Of a DNA stretch of 64,000 nucleotides, positions 40,296-55,423 are shown in pieces. The notes below the pieces were generated by a model. That model was not told the DNA's origin. It saw nothing but the letters and a program-made list of their open reading frames with translations, and did no database searches. The stretch is from Octopus sinensis (taxonomy: Eukaryota), in assembly GCF_006345805.1 (NCBI RefSeq), contig NC_043006.1, positions 1,240,001 to 1,304,000 on the forward strand. Direction: 5' to 3'. Both the position numbers and the translations under genes were made by a program. Position 1 is the stretch's first letter, and every line of letters begins with the position of its first letter.

Positions 40296-41411
40296 ACGTA
40301 ATTAGTATTACCGTATCGCATGTTGTACCTATTATGTCATGTATTTCGTTCAACACAAATTCATGGATATATCTGTAAAATAAAGGCGTTGTCCACGTTA
40401 TAAAAGGGTTGCGTAACGTTTTGCTGTAACGTGAAGTTCCGTAAAGCGTAATGTATTTTCCCATGGACTTCTATATTCCCTGACTTTCATATCGCACGGA
40501 AATTGATAGGAAAATAGGTTCCATGTAATAGAGTTTCACGTGACCTAAAAGATTTTCAGGAACGGAACCCTTCTGTATCGCAGAGGTGCTGTAACTCTGA
40601 TATCATTAACTTTTACGTGACAACATGGTTATATCTTCCTGGAAATGTTTGGATTGACGATTATTAAATTGTGAATAAAGATTAACTTCTGTATTATCCT
40701 TAACATTTATCTGGTCAAATGCGTTTCACTGCAATTCAAATGATTTGTGTTAATCTAATATTAATGTGATTCATTTTAAAATCGAATGTTTATGGAACAA
40801 GATTGGGGAAAATATCTTCTCTTCAGCTGAAATCAGTGTCAGATCTATATTGTACAGAAACATGAATACATATAGTGTATATGACAAACTGATTAATGTG
40901 TTCCGGCATATATATATATATATATATAAAGTGAACGGAAATGTAAATTTTGTCTCATGTTTCACACATTATATATTGTTTGTCTATGCAGAAGCTGGCA
41001 GATGTTCAAGAAATCTTATGGTGAGAAGAATATGGTTACCAATCCAAAATTACTTTAAACGACGAAAACAGGCGATGAGTTACACTGAACACCAAATACT
41101 AGATAACTTTTAATTATTTCTATAAAACACGAGAATGTTCTATATTTTGTCACTAAGTATTAGTAAATATAAAAACAGATAAGATATATGTATATATATA
41201 CATACTTACATATATATATTATATTATATTATATTATATTATATTAAATTATATTATATATATATATATATATATATAATACAAAATAAGAAAATGGAGG
41301 AATATATTTTAATCAATCATCAACTACCAGATAATACCAATTCACATAATTTATTAACCAATTACATAGGAGCATCCAGATCAAATACAGTACACATCCC
41401 CTATCTCACTT

Positions 41412-41449
<38 letters not shown>

Positions 41450-41452
<3 letters not shown>

Positions 41453-41830
41453 CAAAATGGAGTTGTAAGGTACCGCACGAGTGAAATTATATACGAAAGA
41501 AGGTTTGAAAATGCAATTTTAAAAGATGTTTATTTACTTTACCGGTTTCACTTTTTAGAAAAAGATTGTCAAAAGTAACATGTAAAAGTTTGGTTATGTT
41601 AATTATTGGTTGTCACAAAATACTACAAAACATATATACATTATTTGGTAACAAGAGCATGTTAAGGACATAAAAAAGTTTAACAAGTTCATTAAAATAT
41701 TGGGCACAAAAGATTACAACATAAATATACATTCTCAAGAAAATGTTAAAGATAGTTTCCAGAAGGAATTATTAAAAAGTCAGTGGAATATTGGTATTGT
41801 ATCTGTATATACATACACGCACAGAATATT
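41450..41830 (-). mobile_element. PLE 3' end/terminal repeat with degenerate hammerhead (41534-41578)
   Basis: Reverse complement: ttactt-TTGACAA-hairpin-GAAAC-CG-GTA-aagtaa; lies between (TA)n tracts. Confidence 0.5.
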
Positions 41831-41989
41831 ATAAGTTAAAAAAAAGTTTACATTATAGTAGTAGGGTAGCTTAAACTGACCTGGTCCACCATGTTATCGT
41901 AAAAGACTATTTTCTATTTCAAGGGACACTCATATATATTGATGTGTTTCCATACATATATATATATATCGAAACACATCAAATCATCA

Positions 41990-42305
41990 AAATCAAAATT
42001 AGCCCAAAAAACTAAAACAAATTCTCACTGGAACGTAATTACGTAAACCAATCCCCAACCGAACAAGCGGTAGAACAAATTGTAACACCAGCCTACACCT
42101 AATTTAAGAATCAGAATTCACATTTAAAGGTGGGCAAACCTTTAACGTAGAAGTCAACTTCACCTGCAGCTCGGAAAATTTAATCTATACAATTACATTT
42201 GGTGGATGTCAACAAAATGACATAGGATAGACAACCATGTCATTACCCAAAAGAATGACAACTCACCACCAACAGACCCGAGACGAAAATACAAGGTAAT
42301 TTCGC
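41990..42305 (+). pseudogene. PLE GIY-YIG endonuclease fragment
   Basis: FTCSSENLIYTITFGGCQQNDIG*TTMSLPKRMTTH matches the PLE pattern FTCxSxNVIYxIxCxxCxxxYIGET...LxxRxxxH. Confidence 0.75.
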
Positions 42306-42440
42306 CTTAAGTAGTCACATTGCATCTTGTGCAGGAATGGTCTTACCCGACTTCAAAACAGGCATTGTTGGCATTTTTCATGGCAATGGTCAGTGGTCAA
42401 TGATGGACTTCCGCGCCACTGGTGGATAGTCATCATGATT

Positions 42441-42477
<37 letters not shown>

Positions 42478-43960
42478 GTGTGTGTGTGTGTGCGTGCGTG
42501 TGTGTGTCTGTGTCTTTGTGTGTATTTATATATGTATGTAAGAGGTTATCATAGCTACATTCACATACATAAAATGTCAGCTTGATAAAACAATATGTAA
42601 ACACGAGTATTGACAAAGCAGTGATGGTTGATTACATAAGTAAAAGCAAAGAAAATATTCGAAGCCTCGACAGACCAGTAACATCGACCACACACCTTTT
42701 TGACATTTGAAGCTTGTCAACTCTAAGTAGAATCTAATGAGCTTTCCAACAAATATTGCGGAAAGACTTTCTTATTGCCTCTCCTTCGCTGCTTCTCAAG
42801 AGAAAGAATAGGTGAAAGAACGAATAGAATGATCTACTTCAAGTAAAACAATTTACAAGTGGTATTTAGATATAAAGGGCGAGGGAAAATATTCTAATGA
42901 AACTACCTTATATTTATTCGTATGTCGTAATAAAATATAGTAGAAGATTGTTATAAATGAAGTTAGACTTCAAATATTAAAATCACATATCACCTCTGTA
43001 AGCACATACAGAATTTTTTTTTTTTTGAAGAATGCAGCATTGTTTTTCGTTATTTAAAAATAAATGAGATGAAAAACAGAGTGGCTTCAATAACGACATA
43101 ATTTTAAAAGTACATTGTTTAAATCTAAATGAGTTTAATCACAGCTGACAGTAAGTTATAACACATACACTTGCACAAACAATACACATACAAGAAAAAG
43201 GGGGAAAAGGACATGTCGTGAAAAATACCATTAGCTTTTCTATAAAAATTCTTAAGTCAATTAATGAAGCTGCAGCGATAAATGATGTTGAATTCTAAAA
43301 GAGGTCACTTCTAAGATGGTGTTTTAGCAGCTATTAAGACACGTCACTGTTTACGCAGTTGGAAAGTAAAACTTAATTACTACCGCTTGTCAAACGGACA
43401 CTTCATTTACAAAATTCTGCTGATGTATTGCCTTCTCCAATCTCAACTAAAAACAATAAAGTCCAGCCTTTCTACTTCATCAATCAGTTTTCGATCTTGG
43501 ATTTCACAATTTATTCATTCTTTACACGAAAATAACCTATTAAATAACAACAATTTTCGAGCTTTAATTCTTGTTTTTGCTCGATTCCTGAAACGTGTGA
43601 GAAAATATAAATCATTTATGATCAAGTTCGGTCAAAGCCCTTTCCAAATGTGTTTAACTAATCTTTTATAATTTAGGTAGGAGACGTACGCAAAATGTAA
43701 GTAGGAGACGTACGCAAAATGAAAGGTAACAGCAAAGCCTCTACAAAGCCAATCAGTTTGCTAGCATAATATACATAATTAAAGTAGATTGTCAATGTTA
43801 TTAAACGTATCCACTCCATTCCACATATCGAGTCTTATATCACAATATTTGCACGATGTATCGTTATACTACACACACATATATATATATATATATATAA
43901 CATGCACATACACATACGTACATACTTACATAGATATACATACCTTCATACATACATACA

Positions 43961-43991
<31 letters not shown>

Positions 43992-44509
43992 CAGTGTGTG
44001 TGTTCCCGTGGAAGAGGGTATGTGTATTCTCCTTAGGGGTTGCACTGCGTAACATATTCATTTTCAACTTTCAATTGAAAATCCCTGATATTTCGACATC
44101 TTCGTTCATCTAATTGTACAAAGTTTCATGGTGGAGACAATCGTCAGACGTGAACAGAAATTTGGTAGGCGAGAGTTCCGATAAGTTCAAATCACGTTGT
44201 GTTCCTCTTACCACTTAACACACTTGTCTTCGTATTAATGCCTAGCATGAAACAGTAATTACCAAAATCACTTCAGCAGTAATAAAATGTCATCTCTTTC
44301 AGAAATATTACAACTAATATTGCGTTGTCTAATGCATATTATAAAAGTAGTATTACTAATTAGAGTTTTAGGTTTAATTTTCAGTTTCAGGTTAGTCCTG
44401 CTCAAACACATCTATTATCAAATGCATTCCAACCGTAATCCTCACATGTTTTTGCAGACTAAGTTTATCTAGTATAACATTATCCAACGTCCACATCTTT
44501 TATAAAGTG

Positions 44510-45180
44510 GTAAGATATAAGATCATGTCAACAGCAGCCAAAACAAACATCAGCATCAAGATCGATAATGAAGAGATCGAAGTGGTTGATGATTTCATCT
44601 TCCTTGGCTCAAAAGAAAATGAGATGGTCACTGCAGTCCAGAAATAAGGCGGCGGATAGTACTAGGCAGAGAGGCAATGGTCAGCATGACCAGGGTCTGG
44701 AAGAGTAGAGACATCAGACTCGCTACCAAATGCAGATTGGTGAATGCAATCGTCTTCCCAATAGCAACATATGGATGCGAGACCTGAACACTAAAGAAAG
44801 CTGACCAGAAGAAAATTAATGCATTCGAGCTTTGGTGTTGGAGAGGACTTTCGCGGATTCCGTGGACAGCGAGGCTCACCAATGGAGAAGCTCTTAACCA
44901 GATCAAGCCGAAACTGCCACTAGAAGCTACGATCACCAAGCATAGATTGGCATATTTCGGTCATATTATGCGGAGAAAATCCCTGGAGAAGGACATCATG
45001 CCCGGAATGGTAAGTGGCAAGAGAGGAAGAGGCTGACCAAGAACCCACCGGCTTGACACTATCAAGAGTGATACGGGAATGGCCAAAGCCAATCTGAAAG
45101 AAGCAACCCAGGATAGAACTGGCTTGAGAACACTGATCCATCGAGTAACCAAGAGTCGACTTCGACTGAGCGGATAGATA
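44510..45180 (+). mobile_element. RTE-clade LINE 3' fragment
   Basis: EIEVVDDFIFLGS, EIRRRIVLG, FPIATYGCET, INAFELWCWR, RLAYFGHIMRR and RVTKSRLRL. Confidence 0.9.
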
Positions 45181-46875
45181 GTGGAGTGATAGTAGTAAGA
45201 TACAATTCCAAGAAGACATTTAACTGCTTCTTTCAAGAGGAACGAACCCCTACATACGGGCTCTCCTGATGACTGAGTCAATAGTGGAATCGGTAGAACG
45301 CAGAACAATATATGTTATAATAGTTTATGTCCCTGTCTTTGTGAGATCAAATGTTTCTCGAAGAGACTTGGCCTTGTCTCCTTCCTCAATGATCGATTAA
45401 CTAAATAATATTCTAGAACTGAAGTTGGTTTTACCAAGTGAGCTCTCCCTCAAAATATGCGGCCCTGGTCCGAAGTGATATATTCCTTTCGAAACACTTT
45501 TCCTTTAGCTTTGCGTAGTTGCACAAAATAACTCTGCAACAATGTTAACATATTTGCAGGTTAATTCAAGTTTCCCTAACAATAGAGATAAATCAACTCT
45601 AAATTCAATTACGACGGATATTCTTTTCTGTAATTCTATATCTTGCACGATAGATAAAAGCGGTTAGTTTCTCATCAGTTGACGAACAGATTTAAATCCC
45701 ATTCGATATCATTTTGCATTTCTCAGCTGTATCCCAGTAAAAGAATATGGATCACCCTACTCCTCAATATTTTCAGAAACTTTGATGACGGGAGTTCAGA
45801 AATAGCGCCTAGAAATGGACAGAAACTTCAATACGCTCTCAGTTTTTAATTAATACCCTTCAATGTTTAACAAGCTTGTAATACTCTTAGGAAACGAACC
45901 CATGTAAACGAACTAGTTGTTAGTATTAGCTAATAGTTCTGTCTTTCAAGTCATAAATCGTACTCTCTTAAGAACAGGAATGGAAAAGTGGATAAGGTAA
46001 TCCTAAGGGACGATATCGTCGTGACTGGATCACCTTTGATAATAGGTTTGTTCCTTCAGGACATACTTGCATTTTTAAGTAAGACAAGAATGTTGCAGCT
46101 TCCTTTTGCCTGCCTCTGACATATAAATATGATCTGTTTAGTTAATCTAATTAATAATTCTGTTATTAATAGTATTTTTTTTCTATTAGCAACTTAATAA
46201 ATGCTAATTAATTTGAATTAATTATTCAAAACTAGGTTACCTATGCATTTCTCTGATGATGAAACATTCACCTTCCATACAAGATATCGCCATTTTCTTA
46301 ACAACAAGATATCGACCAGTTATCATCAACATATATCAACTAGATATTAACAGCATGTCAAGGAGTTATCAACAATAAAATATCAACTAGTTGTGAACAA
46401 TAATTTATGATTTAGATATCAATAGAGAACTTTTTCATGTTAAATCTGACTCAATTTTGACTTCATTCATAACAATTAAAGTAACAAACTTCATCTTTTC
46501 TCCATCACTTAACTAGTCTTCCGTTTGCCAAAACATTTCTTTCATTTGCGACAGTCAGGGAACTGTCCTATAACACGATATCACCCTACACTCCATTACG
46601 TCGGATTTTACCGAAAATCTTCGAATTACGAAACAAATGATAATGCTTAGCCGAAATGATAAAATCTCATAAACGAGTGAATCGTTCTGATATCATTGGC
46701 GGTCCATGTCGCAATATCTGGATCAACGATGAAGTATCCTTATTGCTTGCTCCAGACAAATAAATAAAGAGGTTGTGTACAAAATACTGGGAGCGAAGGT
46801 GGTACTCTTTGATCTTAGATTTACGAGAGATATATCGATGATATCACTTGTAAATATAAGCAAAAATATTATTTG

Positions 46876-47002
46876 ACGTATAGCTGTGTGCAACAACGTG
46901 GTTTCAGATTCAGTCCCACTGCAGAGAGGTCTTAGGCAAGTGTCTTCTACTATAACATCTGGTAATCAATTCCTTTAGAGTAAATTTGTGTGGAAGCCCG
47001 TC

Positions 47003-47048
<46 letters not shown>

Positions 47049-47280
47049 TGACTATGTGTGTGTCTGTATTTGTTTCCCACACCACTTGACAACTAGACTT
47101 GGCTTGTTTACGTCTCCGTCACTTAGCGGTTCTGCAAAACGGACAGGTAGAATAAGTACCAGGCTTTAAAAGAAATAAGCATCAGGATCGACCTGTTCGA
47201 CAAAACCCCTTCCAGGCGGTGCTCCAGCATGGCCGTAGTCTAATGGCTGATGTCAGGAAAAGAAGATAAAAGAAGATAAA
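46876..47280 (+). mobile_element. SINE family B, diverged
   Basis: ttcagtcccactg...ttaggcaagtgtcttctactata...agaataagtaccaggctt...gctccagcatggcc. Confidence 0.85.
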
Positions 47281-50200
47281 GCCAATAATCTAAAGATTCT
47301 AGGTCCGAGTTTGAATATTTGAAGGGTTATAAATCTCCGGAGTTACCTTTCCGTGTGCCTCGTTTTAATTTGGTATGCTTAATGGGAAAATCTTCAAGTG
47401 TTTGGATACAATCAGCATTTTTTTCCATGAGGTCCAATTAAGTATGGTATTTTCCCAATTTCCTATACGAATATTGCCATTGTCAGATTCACTTTAAAGC
47501 TGCCCATATATCTTAACTTCCGTAGGTCGATCTCACGACTCAATGTTGATTACAGAATGAGGAGCTGTCATTCACGTAATGAAGGATTTTAAGAATAAGT
47601 TTCAGGTTAAGGGATCACATAAAAAGTAATTATATGTGCATCACTTCACTTTTACTGATTTGGTACGCTTGGTATATACGCAATAAAATTTCTCTTTTTC
47701 TAGAAATTCTGAACCTGATGTCTGCTGACAGGTGGCCAATATCACATGAAAATGCGGGAAGTATTGCGGCGCAAGAAGTAAACTCTTAATAAGACATGAC
47801 TGTATTGCGGTTAGTGAAAATTAAATTCAATTTCTCTACTAAAACTTTTGTGCATTTGCATGGCTTTGTGAATAGAGAGCTACGCACAGGCATTCCTGCG
47901 TGGTTAAAATCTCTCAAAAAAACTATATGATTTCAAATTTGACTCCACAGTGCTACAACATGGCCATGAACTTTCACCCAAAACCTGTGGGTAAACAAGA
48001 GTGTTTTGTATGAGATTTAGTAGACGGAATTCCGTCAAATGGACTGTTCTTGTTCCTGGCAGGTAAACTTAAATCCACCGCCTACTTGAACAAAATCGTC
48101 TGGTTCTTGGGTACCTTTGCAAGCATTCGGGTCATTATATCTTTGGTCTGATAACACTTTTCTTCCTTCTTCCTACTAGTCTGGGAGGATCGGTTTTGTT
48201 CCATAGTTAAGGTTGTTTGCTTCTTGGTGTAAAGAGGAAAATAATAGATAATAAATCCCAGAATAGAAGCCGATAGAATATCGCTTTTAGGGATGTTGAT
48301 TCTTGAGATAGCGCCTACAATATTACCTACATGGATTTTTAGTTCATTTCAAAGTTCAATATTTCAGAAAAATACACAATTTCATCTTATAATCTACAAA
48401 ATAGATTATTTTAGAGTACTGCTAGTTTATATTAAATTCTAAGCGGTCAGTTTAAATAGAGAGTATACAAAATAGTATGTCAGACATTTAGTTTGACGCT
48501 GAACCATGTCGGTATTTCGAACTCGATTTTCTATAAATCCTTTGGCTACTTATGTTTACTTGAAATTAACTTGTTGTCCTGGTGTACTCCACAGTTTCAT
48601 TTCTATCGTGCTTTACATCCTTTGCCAGGGATTAATCCCGTTCTCTCAGTCAGCCGTAGTCTGTAATTACTTCGTACGGTATGGATCGCTTCATACTTTC
48701 TTTTCATTAAACACACCCAAAGAAACTGTGTTTTACAATAACCATTCGTACTGAGTCGTCTTTCATTAGAAAGTCAAAGAAACATATAGGAATTAGAAAT
48801 ATTCAAATGTACAGTAAGCTCGCGGAAAACACTAACCTGATTGTTCTGTTCTTTGTTACTTTCCAATATAAAATGTAGACGAGCATCATCTATCTCCCTA
48901 TTAACATATTTCTTACCATCATACCCAAAAGGGTTTCAATCGAATCTAGCAGAGGAAATGAATGGTTCAATGAATTCTGTTCATTTAGAACATGAACAAA
49001 TAATATCTAAGAAAGATTTCTTCAAGGCTCTGTGCAGGTACAGTACATACAAGAGGAATTACAAAAAGGAGCTGCCGGTTGTAAGGAAATTATATTATTG
49101 ATGGAAATATTTATAGAGGATAATTTTAGAAAACCAACAAATAGATATAAAATTAAGATCTTGAAACTAAAGCTTGTTGAGCTTTACACTCAATAATTTT
49201 AAATCAAGTTGATTATCAAATGTATGACTTGGCACAAAACTCTATAGGAGCGGCGTAAAATAGACTTAAATCCAATTTATAATTGTTTATTTGTCTAGAA
49301 GTGATGAAAGCGAATGTCAGATTTTAAGGAAATCGAATCCGTAGCAGACTGGCTCCTTACCATTTCTGTTTAAGAATCCTTGTCTTATTCCCCTCTCCTC
49401 CTACAGCCACCTTTATATCTATTCACACATTCCTCTTATTAACCGTAACGTCCATTCTCTCTGCACAGAATGTCTGCCTTCTGGAATTCTCTCCCCTACT
49501 ATCTTTTCTTATTTTGCATCCGTCTATTTGTGACTATCCAAGAGAAACATTAAACACGCTGATCTGATTTTAATGGCTTCGTTGGGCCTACGAAGGCTGT
49601 AGTGAGAGCCATTTGGTATTCCCGTTGGCCAATCCAATAAAATAAAGAACAACTGACATAAGGAGTCGAGCTACTGGTACAGACATTTTAACCATTGTCC
49701 ATTGGCAACATGAGGCCCAATTACAACCTGCTGCCTGGTCAGACCATCGGCGTCTAAACCAGCAACACCACCAAGTCTGCTTGATGATGAGGGCGGTTAT
49801 TTGGCACACTGCAGGATGTAAAATTAGACCCGTTAAAGAGCAGAACTCCGAAATGACAACAACTGTCTACTTACGTGATACACACACAAACACACACACA
49901 CAAATAATGAATGATTGAATGAGGGAAACGGTTCGGCCCTTCCTGCATCTGTCCTTTACGGGTGGGATATTGTACAGCTAACTGTGTTGCATTCATCAGT
50001 GCAGGGTACATCACGTCAGGTGTCTGGTTTTAAATAAAATACTTCGCTACATATACTGAGTTTCGCTTGACATGTTATAGTCACCTGAAGGATGCTGCCT
50101 ATACTAATTGTGAACGACACACTACTAAAGTTCAAATAATTATTTATATACATACAGATATGTGTGTGTATGTGTGTGTGTGTGTGTGTGTGCGTGTGTG

Positions 50201-50309
50201 TGTGCGTACTTTATTAATAAATCTGAAAAGACATCACAAGAACTGTTTTTGTGATGTCTTTGCAGCTTTATTAATAAAGCATATTACTCTACTTCCGGTT
50301 TTCGAGTAC

Positions 50310-50727
50310 TATTTCTTCCAACGGTCTCTGGTGTCAAAGACTGTCATTTGATGTTTAAGATCCTCCTGGGGCAAGTTTGATGGAGTTTTTGCAAGGCTTT
50401 GATGTAACAAGTGTATAAAAAGGCAGTTAAAACTCAGGAGTCATAGACTCTGAACTTGGTTTTGATGGTGAGACCTTTGTCAGAACACACATGATTTGCG
50501 CTCATTGCGATGGCTTCGTTGGTTCTTTTCGATCGTCTGATTTATTTCAGAATGAAGCGATACAACTTTAGAGAATGTGGTACCAAGATAGGCGAAAGAA
50601 TCGATATCGCCCAATCTCATACCCTAGACGAAGATGTTAACGTCTACATCGACATAGGGCTACCCTGGAGACGAAGAGAACATGGCTTTGCCTTTTTCAG
50701 ACTAATGGTAAGTCCAAAACCAGCGCA
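50310..50727 (-). mobile_element. RTE-clade LINE internal fragment, degenerate
   Basis: Minus strand reads CAGFGLTISLKKAK, GLTIKTKFRVY and CPRRILNIK. Confidence 0.7.
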
Positions 50728-50758
<31 letters not shown>

Positions 50759-50765
50759 TATATAT

Positions 50766-50797
<32 letters not shown>

Positions 50798-51583
50798 CAT
50801 ATATATATAATCATGTTAAAGGGAAACGGAATTTAATTAAAATTAAAATATTCAATCAAAATATACATTTCCAGTGGTCTAACGGGCAAAAAAAAATTAG
50901 TCAAGAAGACTATATATTAGTCATACGATATAGTGTATATTTATACACATAAGGAATCCACTTAACGTGAATTCAACACATTAGAAAGAACAGCTAGGTT
51001 CTGTAAACCACAAAAATAACGGATAAATTCGACAGGAATAAATTTGGAAATGAAAAACATTTACCATCTAGTACCCTGGACCAATTGGTTTCTGATCATC
51101 TTGTAGCGAATCAGGGGGAACTCACAAGGTCTGATCTTCTTCAGCAAGGTCCAACCTAGGGTTAAACATATCCAACAGGAGACAAACAAGGCTTATATAT
51201 ACATACTAAATAAAGATTATATATATACATACTAAATAATGAATATATATATATATTTACTAGTAAATTTAATCTCCACATCAATATGGCCCTTCAATGT
51301 TATCAATGTTACTGATGTGTAACCCCAGACAGATCTTCCACTAACCGGTTATAGGAGCAGCTTGCACCCTGTATATATTGCAAGCAGGGGAGTGAATCTC
51401 TTCTACCCTCCAGCAGACGACGGGATCGCGAGACCGACTCTGTTTTGAGCTAAGTTACTCGTCCTCAATCGCGAAAACCCGGTCGCTAGAGAGATGGCCA
51501 GAGTCCGCTCCAGCAAGCAATATATAGAAAAAAAAGCAACCATCGGTCACTGATTTGCAACAAGCAAAGTAGCTAGTCGTAAA

Positions 51584-51614
<31 letters not shown>

Positions 51615-52283
51615 TGTATGTATGTATGTATGTATGTATGTATGTATGTATGTATGTATGTATGTGTGTATGGCTATATTTCTGGAAAGCGCTGTTAACT
51701 TTGTGTATTTAATAGAAACTTTTGAGTAGTCGTCTGTTGCTCAGTAACTGTCGTTTAATCCTAATACCGAATTTTGATTCTCTTGGTATTTCTTGATGGA
51801 GAAGTCTAATAGTTGTCATGCATAAAATGCAGATAGGGCGCTAAATATTAATGAGAATATTGATAGTGGTTAAGAGAAATATAAAGCAAAGATAACTCAA
51901 TGTTAATTTTTTTGATGGCATACATATGAATATTTTATTACTACTAATAGCTGGTTACTCAATTTTATGTTATGGCTTTTAAATTAGTCACACCATGGCT
52001 GTTCCTGCAATACGATTTAAAAGTCTATTCTTCCCGTCTGCGTAGGTTAATTTTTAAGAAATGAATAGATGCAACTTCCTGTGTTACTATAATGGCATGT
52101 AGGAATTGTGGGATAAGGGTTTTCCCGGTTGTTTTATTGAGAATTTTCCTTATGTAGTCCGATGGATGTTTGAGTCTATTGAGACGCGTGCGTCTGAGTG
52201 TTTGTTTAAAAGGTTTAATGTATATATGTCTGTGTTCTTACTGGAACTCATGCACGAGTATTTCTCTTCTTACTCTGACGTAT

Positions 52284-52337
<54 letters not shown>

Positions 52338-52667
52338 GTGTGTGTGTGTGTGTGTGCATAAGTGCTAGTATGGCTTGCCTACATCCCCGGCAATATTTGT
52401 GAAATTAGAACACCTAGGAAATTGATTTCAACACTTAAAATAATCCACTAATAAACAGAATCATTAGCAGGTAGAGAAAATAACAAATAAAACATTCTCA
52501 CACACAAAATCTTGTATGTAACTCTAAAGGATCACAATCCCAATATTTATAAATGACTGCGAAATAGCGCCATCAACACAACTAGAATCGAACACAGAAG
52601 CATCAGTAAAACATATTGGATAAATTATTTACACTCGACGGATATTCGTCCTCATCTTGTTGTTGTT

Positions 52668-52713
52668 AACACAACGTTTCGGCTGATATACCCTCCAGCC
52701 TTCTTCAGGTGTC
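52668..52713 (-). ncRNA. Minimal type I hammerhead motif (PLE type)
   Basis: Reverse complement: gacac-CTGAAGA-aGGCTG..CAGCC-GAAAC-GTT-gtgtt. Confidence 0.65.
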
Positions 52714-52727
52714 TTGGGGAAATTTCG

Positions 52728-55310
52728 CCATATGGAAGGAAAATAACATAAACAAAGACTTGGATACAGCAATGAACCCTAATAAACTAGCTAACGTACG
52801 AAGATATATTCTCAACGCAAAAAAAGATATCAGAAATAGAAATAGAACATTTAAAAGAAAAAATACATCAGGAAAATGTAGATAGAAGCCACACAACAAT
52901 GCCAAATAATATAAACACTGAGATAGTAAAACACGAAGACAAACGTAACATTTTCAACAAAAACGATGTAAACAAAAAACAACAAACCCATACCGTAAGG
53001 ATGCATAATAATGCACGACAAGCAGCAAGCCAAAACACGACAGACAAACATACGAATGAGAAAAAAAGCGACACAAATCTAAAACCTGGAAACAACGAAG
53101 GGGAGCCTAATGATGATACTATAAAAAGTAAAATAATCAAAGAACTGAAAAACACAGATCTCAAAATGGACCACCGACCATACCTCCCAAATATCAAAAT
53201 ATACAAAAATAACATCAATTATAAACAGCATAAAACTAGCCGTCACAGAACTAATAGCCACTGAAACAAATAGCGATATCACTGAGCTAAATGACTTAGT
53301 ATATGCAGCAGCCACTGCAGCCACAAAAGAAGCTGGATGCTCCCTCAAACCCATCCAAACAGGAGTACCACCACCCAAACAAACCCTGTGGATAAATAAC
53401 ATTAAAAAAATACAAAAAATGAGAAAAGATCTGTCGATTCTTAATGAAATCAGTAGACAATCAACGCTACTAAGCAACAAAAAGAAAACAAAAATACTGT
53501 GCAAATACAACATCACAGAAAAAGATTTACCTGAGATAAAAGAAAAGCTAAAGCAAGATATCCTTGCCAAAGCACAAAGGATCCGCCGGTATGAGAAACG
53601 CCAACGTTTCTTTGAAAAGAACAAACAGTTCAACTCCAACCCCAAAAAGTTCTACCAAGAACTGGGCAAAAATAAAATAGACATCACTGCAGCACCAACG
53701 GCAGAAGAAGTGGAAGAATTCTGGAAAGAAATATGGTCGGGGAAAGAACGACGAAAAAAAAAAGGAGTATTAAAACAACAAACTCAGCATCTGAGCAACT
53801 TTGGACCCCATAACAACTGAAGTGGTCACCCAGGTACTGCAAAGACTAAGCAACTGGAAGGCACCTGGGCATGACAAGATCCCCAACTTCTGGTTGAAAT
53901 ATCTAACAGGAATGCACAAAAAGCTGGCTGAAAACTTTAACAACATACTGGCAGAGCCAGAGACAATGCCTGAATGGCTCACGAAGGGGAAAGCCATCTT
54001 AATTCCCAAATCCAATGAGACAGCAAAACCAGAAAACTACAGGCCTATAACCTATCTCCCTAAACTGTACAAAGCATTCACTGCAGTAATATCACAAAGA
54101 TTAAACAAGCACCTGGACGAAAACAACCTGTTTCCAGAAGAGCAGAAAGGATGCCGCAATGGCTCATATGGCTGTAAAGATCAACTAATGATCAATAAAG
54201 CCATAACTGAAGACAGCCACAGAAAGAAGAAAGGCCTCAGTATGGCCTGGATCGACTACAGAAAGGCGTTTGATAGCATCCCCCACACATGGAGGAGGAG
54301 GAGGAGAAGAAGAAGAAGAAGAAGAAGAAGAAGAAGAAGAAGAAGAAGAAGAAGAAGAAGAAGAAGAAGAAGAAGAAGAAGAAGAAGAAGAAGAAGAAGA
54401 AGAAGAAAACACAAAAAAGGTATAAAGCAAATGAAATCAAAACTAAATCTAGAACAGTAACAGACCATTATAAAACGATGGCAAGGAACACCCTTTCATG
54501 GCAAGTACTGGACTAAACTAAATGCAAAAGAAATAGACAAAGAAAAATCCCAGCAATGGTTGAGAAGCTCAGGACTCAAAGCAGAAACAGAGGGATTTTT
54601 AATTGCAGCACAAGACCAAAGCCTCCCCACCAGAAATTACCAAAAACATGTGATGAAAAGAAATATAACAAGTAACTGCAGAATATGTGGAGATGGACAA
54701 GAAACAATAAATCATATTATCTCTGGCTGCCCAGTCCTGGCTAAGAAGGAATATATTCACAGACACGACAGAGTTGGGACCTACATACACTGGAAGCTAT
54801 GCCAACATTATGGAATAACAACAGAAGAAAGATGGTGTAGGCACACACCAGAAAAGGTCACAGAAAACGAGAAAGCAACCATACTCTGGGATATGCCAAT
54901 ACACACAGATAGAGAAATTAAGGCCAACAGACCAGATATAGTTGTCAGAGATCATGAAGAAAAAAAATGCTTTCTAATTGATGTATCAATACCAGCAGAT
55001 GACAAGGTGTCTCTTAAAGAAATGGAGAAACTCTCAAAATACAAAGACCTGGAAATAGAGGTAACTAGAATGTGGAATCTAAAAACAGAAACAATTCCTA
55101 TCATAGTAGGTGCATTAGGCATGATAAAAAAATATTCAGACAAATACATAACAAAAACACCAGGACTTACAAACACATATAACATACAGAAAATTGCACT
55201 ACTAGGCACTGTCCACATCCTACGCAGAACACTTTCAATACAATAACCATCAGAGCATCACAACAAATCACAGCACATACCCAAGCACGTTATAAAAATA
55301 AAACTACTGA

Positions 55311-55312
<2 letters not shown>
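52728..55312 (+). mobile_element. R4/Dong retrotransposon, near full length, RT core deleted
   Basis: IWKENN...KLANVRRYILN, WKAPGHDKIPNFWLK, NYRPITYLP, EEQKGCR..GCKDQL, WIDYRKAFDSIPHTW, then KAETEGFLIAAQDQ, CRICG..ETINHIISGC, RHDRVG, RPDIVV..LIDVSIP; (TAA)n at 55313-55373. Confidence 0.93.
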
Positions 55313-55376
<64 letters not shown>

Positions 55377-55423
55377 TCGAAAAATACCTTAGGAATGAGA
55401 ACTCAGGTTCGAAATTTCCCCAA

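Noticed and set aside
40395-40545. TATAAAAG plus CACGTG as a promoter
   Set aside because: Short motifs are expected by chance in 64 kb, and there is no associated gene.
43677-43721. 21-bp tandem duplication gtaggagacgtacgcaaaatg (24-bp period)
   Set aside because: An isolated two-copy local duplication with no further structure.
46280-46430. Loose atatcaactag-like repeats of about 22-24 bp
   Set aside because: The register is inconsistent and the sequence is low complexity; cannot be distinguished from decayed simple repeat.
49560-49875. Candidate host exon (minus-strand GTAAGT donor near 49870, moderately GC-rich)
   Set aside because: No recognisable protein in any frame and no convincing acceptor.
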